Assembly (NCBI GenBank): GCA_054661495.1
Contig: BAAFSQ010000373.1
Location: 1 to 8,657 of the forward strand
Direction of reading: 5' to 3'
DNA length: 8,657 nucleotides
Source: Zygophlyctis sp. KS116
Taxonomy: Eukaryota > Fungi > Chytridiomycota
Made by a program: the position numbers and the translations under genes. Below the pieces are notes generated by a model. It was not told the DNA's origin and ran no database searches. It worked only from the letters and a program-made list of their open reading frames with translations. Positions 5,221-8,657 of the stretch are shown in pieces. Position 1 is the first letter of the stretch, and each line of letters opens with the position of its first letter.

Positions 5221-8156
5221 CTACGGTTTTGTCTTTATCACTTCCAAAGATTTCATCACCTATATTCTTACACTAATGATCTAACCTTTTTTAAAGATGG
5301 ACATTTCTTGCTTCGAATCCAGGAGATAAAGTCAATGTCCTCTTTAGCTTTTAATTTGCAGACTTGCTTCACCTTTTCACGGCTATATATCAGTCAGACT
5401 CTTGAACTGGGTATCTTACCTCTCTTTTATAATCTTTTTAAATTGTTTCTTAAATTCTTTCAACTCTTCTGCTTGATTTTCTTGCATTCGAGTCAGATGG
5501 GCTAGAAATTGTTTATTTTGGTATGATAGCAACTGCAATTTAGTTGATTAAGACGTACTTTATGATGATTGCCTAGTGCACGACTTAGAAAATCAGAATT
5601 ATCTGGAAGATTCAGTTCAAGAGGTTTGATGACTGGTTGGCGTGTAGTGTCGTTCAATCTTGTCTTTTTTTGAGATTTTACTATAATTAATCATAGGAAA
5701 CTTACGATTAGGCTCATGATCAATTTGGTCATCAGAGGATATATCCGTATCTACATGTGTCCAAGTTCTCTTTGAAGATGTTTGTTCCGCCTTTGAAATA
5801 TATCTGTGGCGATTTTCATATTTTTCAAATGAAGAATTGGAGGAAGTGTTAGAGGCAACTTCCTTTCCGCGTTCTTTGCAAACAAGATCCATACTTTTAC
5901 TGAGCTGCTGATTACCAATCACAAATTCGGGAGACTGGAATTCTCCTCGAGACGCAAAAGTCTTATCGGTCTTTCTATACTGACTCTGTACATATGATTC
6001 AGCCTTTTTGCCACCATAATAGTCTTCATCCTTGGAAACCCCCCATTTTCTACATGAAATTTCGTTTTGTTGATGTTTCAAAAGGTTTTGCATTCCAATA
6101 TATTCAACAACGTTCATGTCACTCTTATCATCAGATGAAATCAATTGATTCTTTTCTACTATGTGATTGGGCGATAAAATTTCAGACTGCGATTCACTTT
6201 CAACAGTTCCTTTTGAAGCAACATTTTTACCACCGATTTGATCTTGCAAAGATTCCTGATATTCAGATGAATCATCATTTGGAACATTTATTTTGGGTTT
6301 CACCACTGATACTTTTCTGTTAACTTTGACAAGAGCCTTCTTTGATGCTTTCGGTGATACAAATTTACCTTTTATATTAAAAATGATCTAGTTACTTTGC
6401 GATTTTGAATTTTTTCCAGGATTGGCTTTTCCTTGAATGTCAGAGTCCAGCAAATCACTATCATCTTCATTACCTGAATTATTTTTTGCAAAATAGGGAG
6501 ATTTTTTAGGAGTAGTCCGGACAACTCGGTATTCTATCATTACTACTTATTCTTGAACAATTTACCTTTTACTTCTTTTGGAGATTTCCCTTGGTTCCCA
6601 TATTTAATCGGAGTCTTGCTTTTGATCCAGGGCGGACTAATTCTTTCAATTTGGTCTTCGTTGGATCCAGACTCAGATGCAGCAACGATAATATTATGTT
6701 TGGGAATCGGAAATCTTGCCGTATGTTCCTTGTCTTTCAATCCAACGTTTTCCAAATACAAATTGGTGTCCGAAAGCTCTTTTTGAGGTGGGGATTTTAC
6801 TTTTTTCTGTCTAGAATAATCCTTTGATACGCTGAAAGCATCATCATTCTCTGAACTTTCCACACCTTTGACAACTTTTCTCAAGACTGTTGCTGTTTGA
6901 GGTGTTGGATACTCTTTGGTTTTAGACTGCGCCTCAGCTGATATTGCTATAGAAGACTTTCTAACATTTCGAGCCTTATTATTCAATAGAAATAAAACTT
7001 ACGATACAATGGTAATCCATCACATTTTGAATCAGGTTCAAACAAGAAATAGTCTGATCAGACAAAGAGAGTGTAACAATTACTTTCCCAACACCCTGCA
7101 AATTTCTAAAATCACTAGTCAATTCTTCAACAACAACTTTGAATATTTTCTTGTCTAAAATTAACCATGACTCTTTAATTTACCTGGAGAAATCGAGTAA
7201 TTCTTTGATTTTACAAAAGGAATAAACAGCTGTGAACAATCATTGTCTGAATCTGACAAAATTTCTATCGAAATCCCCTCTGAATCAAAGTCCATCCAAT
7301 AACTTCCAATTTGACTTGCCCATACTTGTGACTGATCAAAAGAGTAAACTGCCACTTTTAAAAACGAACATGATAACGGAAACGCAGAAATCCCATCCTT
7401 GCCCTTGTTTATTACATTAAGAATGATTCTAAAATCCTATATTTTAAACATTTTATTCTCACCTTTTCTAATTTAGAATTTGAATCGATTTCAGCAAATT
7501 TCAATGGTAGCCCAAGTTTCTTTGTAAAATCATTACGATTATTTCTAGGACTAATTCTTTGACTTTAAATTTATAAATTTACCTATAGACAAATTCCAAG
7601 AATTCAAATTGCATTTGTAAATCTTTAAAATCCTTTAATGAATTTGAAATTTCACATCTTTTTTTAGATTAAGGAAATTACATTTCTAAAAGTAAATTTT
7701 TTATACAATATCCCTTATTCTGATTAGATTGTGTAACTAGAAAATTCAAAAGATGAATTAATTCACGTCCAATAACATCTAATCATGAATTATTTAGTAA
7801 TTACCATTACAATCTTTAGATTTCTTCAGAATCCATTCCAGAATACATTCAATCCATTTTTCTGTTTTAACAATATTTTCTTTTAAATTTGGATTTTTCT
7901 GTAAAAATTCATTCAAAAGTCTAGAGAAATCCTGAATAATTTGATCTTTAGAATCATATAAATTCGTAGAAATCTCCTTTAAGAGCACAGTGAACAATTC
8001 TACATGTTTGAAACCAGATAAAACTGGAATTATTTTCTTCAAATTTTCTAGATTCCAATCAGCAACAGAAATCATTAGATTCATATTCTTATAATCCCGT
8101 TTCCTATAATTAAGGACTGGGAATTACTTTAAAAAATTCTTGATTTCTTTAGACAT
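5221..8156 (-). CDS. Putative meiotic chromosome-axis core protein, SYCP2/Red1/Rec10-like (helical ARM-like + PH-like, disordered middle, C-terminal coiled coil), ~859 aa, 14 exons
   Basis: complement exons 8156-8128, 8103-7805, 7778-7682, 7657-7583, 7556-7463, 7436-7184, 7154-7003, 6974-6566, 6533-6396, 6368-5706, 5680-5559, 5532-5420, 5382-5286, 5259-5221 give 2580 nt in one frame across 13 GT-AG introns (24-37 nt). The spliced segment DLQMQFEFLEFVYRISPRNNRNDF..FAEIDSNSKLEKDFRIILNVIN..ISAFPLSCSFL..YWMDFDSEGISIEI..LFIPFVKSKNYSISPDKKIF parallels my recollection of the vertebrate SYCP2 ARM-PH junction. The start codon and the 6534 versus 6543 acceptor are uncertain. Confidence 0.72.
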
Positions 8157-8389
8157 AAGATCTATAGTGTTAGAGTGGACAAATCTCAAAGAAAAAGGGA
8201 AGAAATTTTTTGTAAATTTTTATAAAATTTTAGCGATGATTTACCTTTTTTTTTAATTTTTCGTAGGGCTTGTAGGTGTATTTTCTTTTACTAGTATAGC
8301 CCTTGATTGGTTAGGAGATTTCGTCGCTTGAAGGCGCTATTAAGATTTCTGTGAAGTTGGTAAGTCTATGAATCCTTCTTCAACTTGTT

Positions 8390-8409
8390 ATGCATTAGAT
8401 CTAATGCAT
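8390..8409. repeat. Perfect 20-bp palindrome ATGCATTAGATCTAATGCAT
   Basis: The sequence is its own reverse complement and lies in the divergent intergenic region between the SYCP2-like gene and G6PD. Confidence 0.9.
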
Positions 8410-8514
8410 CCTTGCGTATCATCTATCGATGTCATTAATCTCGTCATTCAAGATAACTTCCGACGCATACGTCATAGAAGGATTAGTTAAGTTTATTTTA
8501 GAGGAGCTTAACAG

Positions 8515-8657
8515 ATGGACGAAACAACTTTTGTGATTGTAATTTTTGGTGCATCAGGGGACTTGGCCTGTAAAAAAACGTTTCCTGCATTGTTTGGTCT
8601 TTATAAGAAGAAGCTCTTGCCACAAAATGTAAAAATTGTTGGATATGCAAGATCGCA
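8515..8657 (+). CDS. G6PD: Glucose-6-phosphate 1-dehydrogenase, 5' fragment (runs off the window edge)
   Basis: [47 protein letters not shown] contains the NADP-binding fingerprint GASGDLAxKK and the GYARS motif. It is absent from the ORF track because it is truncated. Confidence 0.96.
   Translation, partial: MDETTFVIVIFGASGDLACKKTFPALFGLYKKKLLPQNVKIVGYARS

Noticed and set aside
5218-7420. Plus-strand ORFs 5218-5505, 5994-6323, 6553-6786, 6591-6827, 6916-7158 and 7232-7420, some hydrophobic
   Set aside because: They are antisense to the Lys/Glu-rich SYCP2-like exons, which produces Phe/Leu-rich pseudo-membrane translations.
280-8084. Fragmented ORFs read as pseudogenes, programmed frameshifts, stop readthrough or a ciliate-type genetic code
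   Set aside because: Every break is bracketed by GT..AG, and removing it restores the frame and the conserved motifs. TAA and TAG serve as true terminal stops.
744-8127. Introner-like mobile origin of the similar-sized introns
   Set aside because: The introns share no sequence similarity beyond splice signals, and I saw no terminal inverted repeats or consistent target-site duplications.
352-8156. Functional gene cluster (CPSF2 + YRA1 for mRNA maturation; NSE4 + SYCP2-like for chromosome biology)
   Set aside because: The pairs are interleaved with unrelated genes. Without synteny data, chance adjacency in a compact genome is sufficient.
8245-8480. Small ORFs, a snoRNA or tRNA, or a + strand intron (GTAAGT at 8360) in the divergent intergenic region
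   Set aside because: Minus-strand frames are short and interrupted by stops. I found no paired C/D boxes or cloverleaf, and no coding context to support the 8360 donor.

Overview
This is AT-rich eukaryotic DNA in the standard genetic code, and very gene-dense. It is most likely from an early-diverging (chytrid-like) fungus, which is an inference from protein style and gene structure. The broken ORF track is explained by ultra-short GT-AG spliceosomal introns: I reconstructed 23 of them, 23-37 nt long, with a mode of 26 nt. Gene order: (-) 5' end of a secreted protein with a fungal-dockerin/CBM10-like Cys module (1-156, missed by the ORF track); (+) NSE4; (+) CPSF2/CFT2; (+) VPS20/CHMP6; (+) YRA1/ALYREF; (-) a 14-exon, ~859-aa protein resembling the meiotic axis-core proteins SYCP2/Red1/Rec10; (+) the 5' end of G6PD. 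The four tandem + genes are separated by only 49, 38 and 42 nt. The main points of interest are the minimal-intron splicing grammar, the hidden SYCP2-like gene, the dockerin-like module and the near-absent intergenic spacers. All homology calls come from recalled family motifs, not from database searches.
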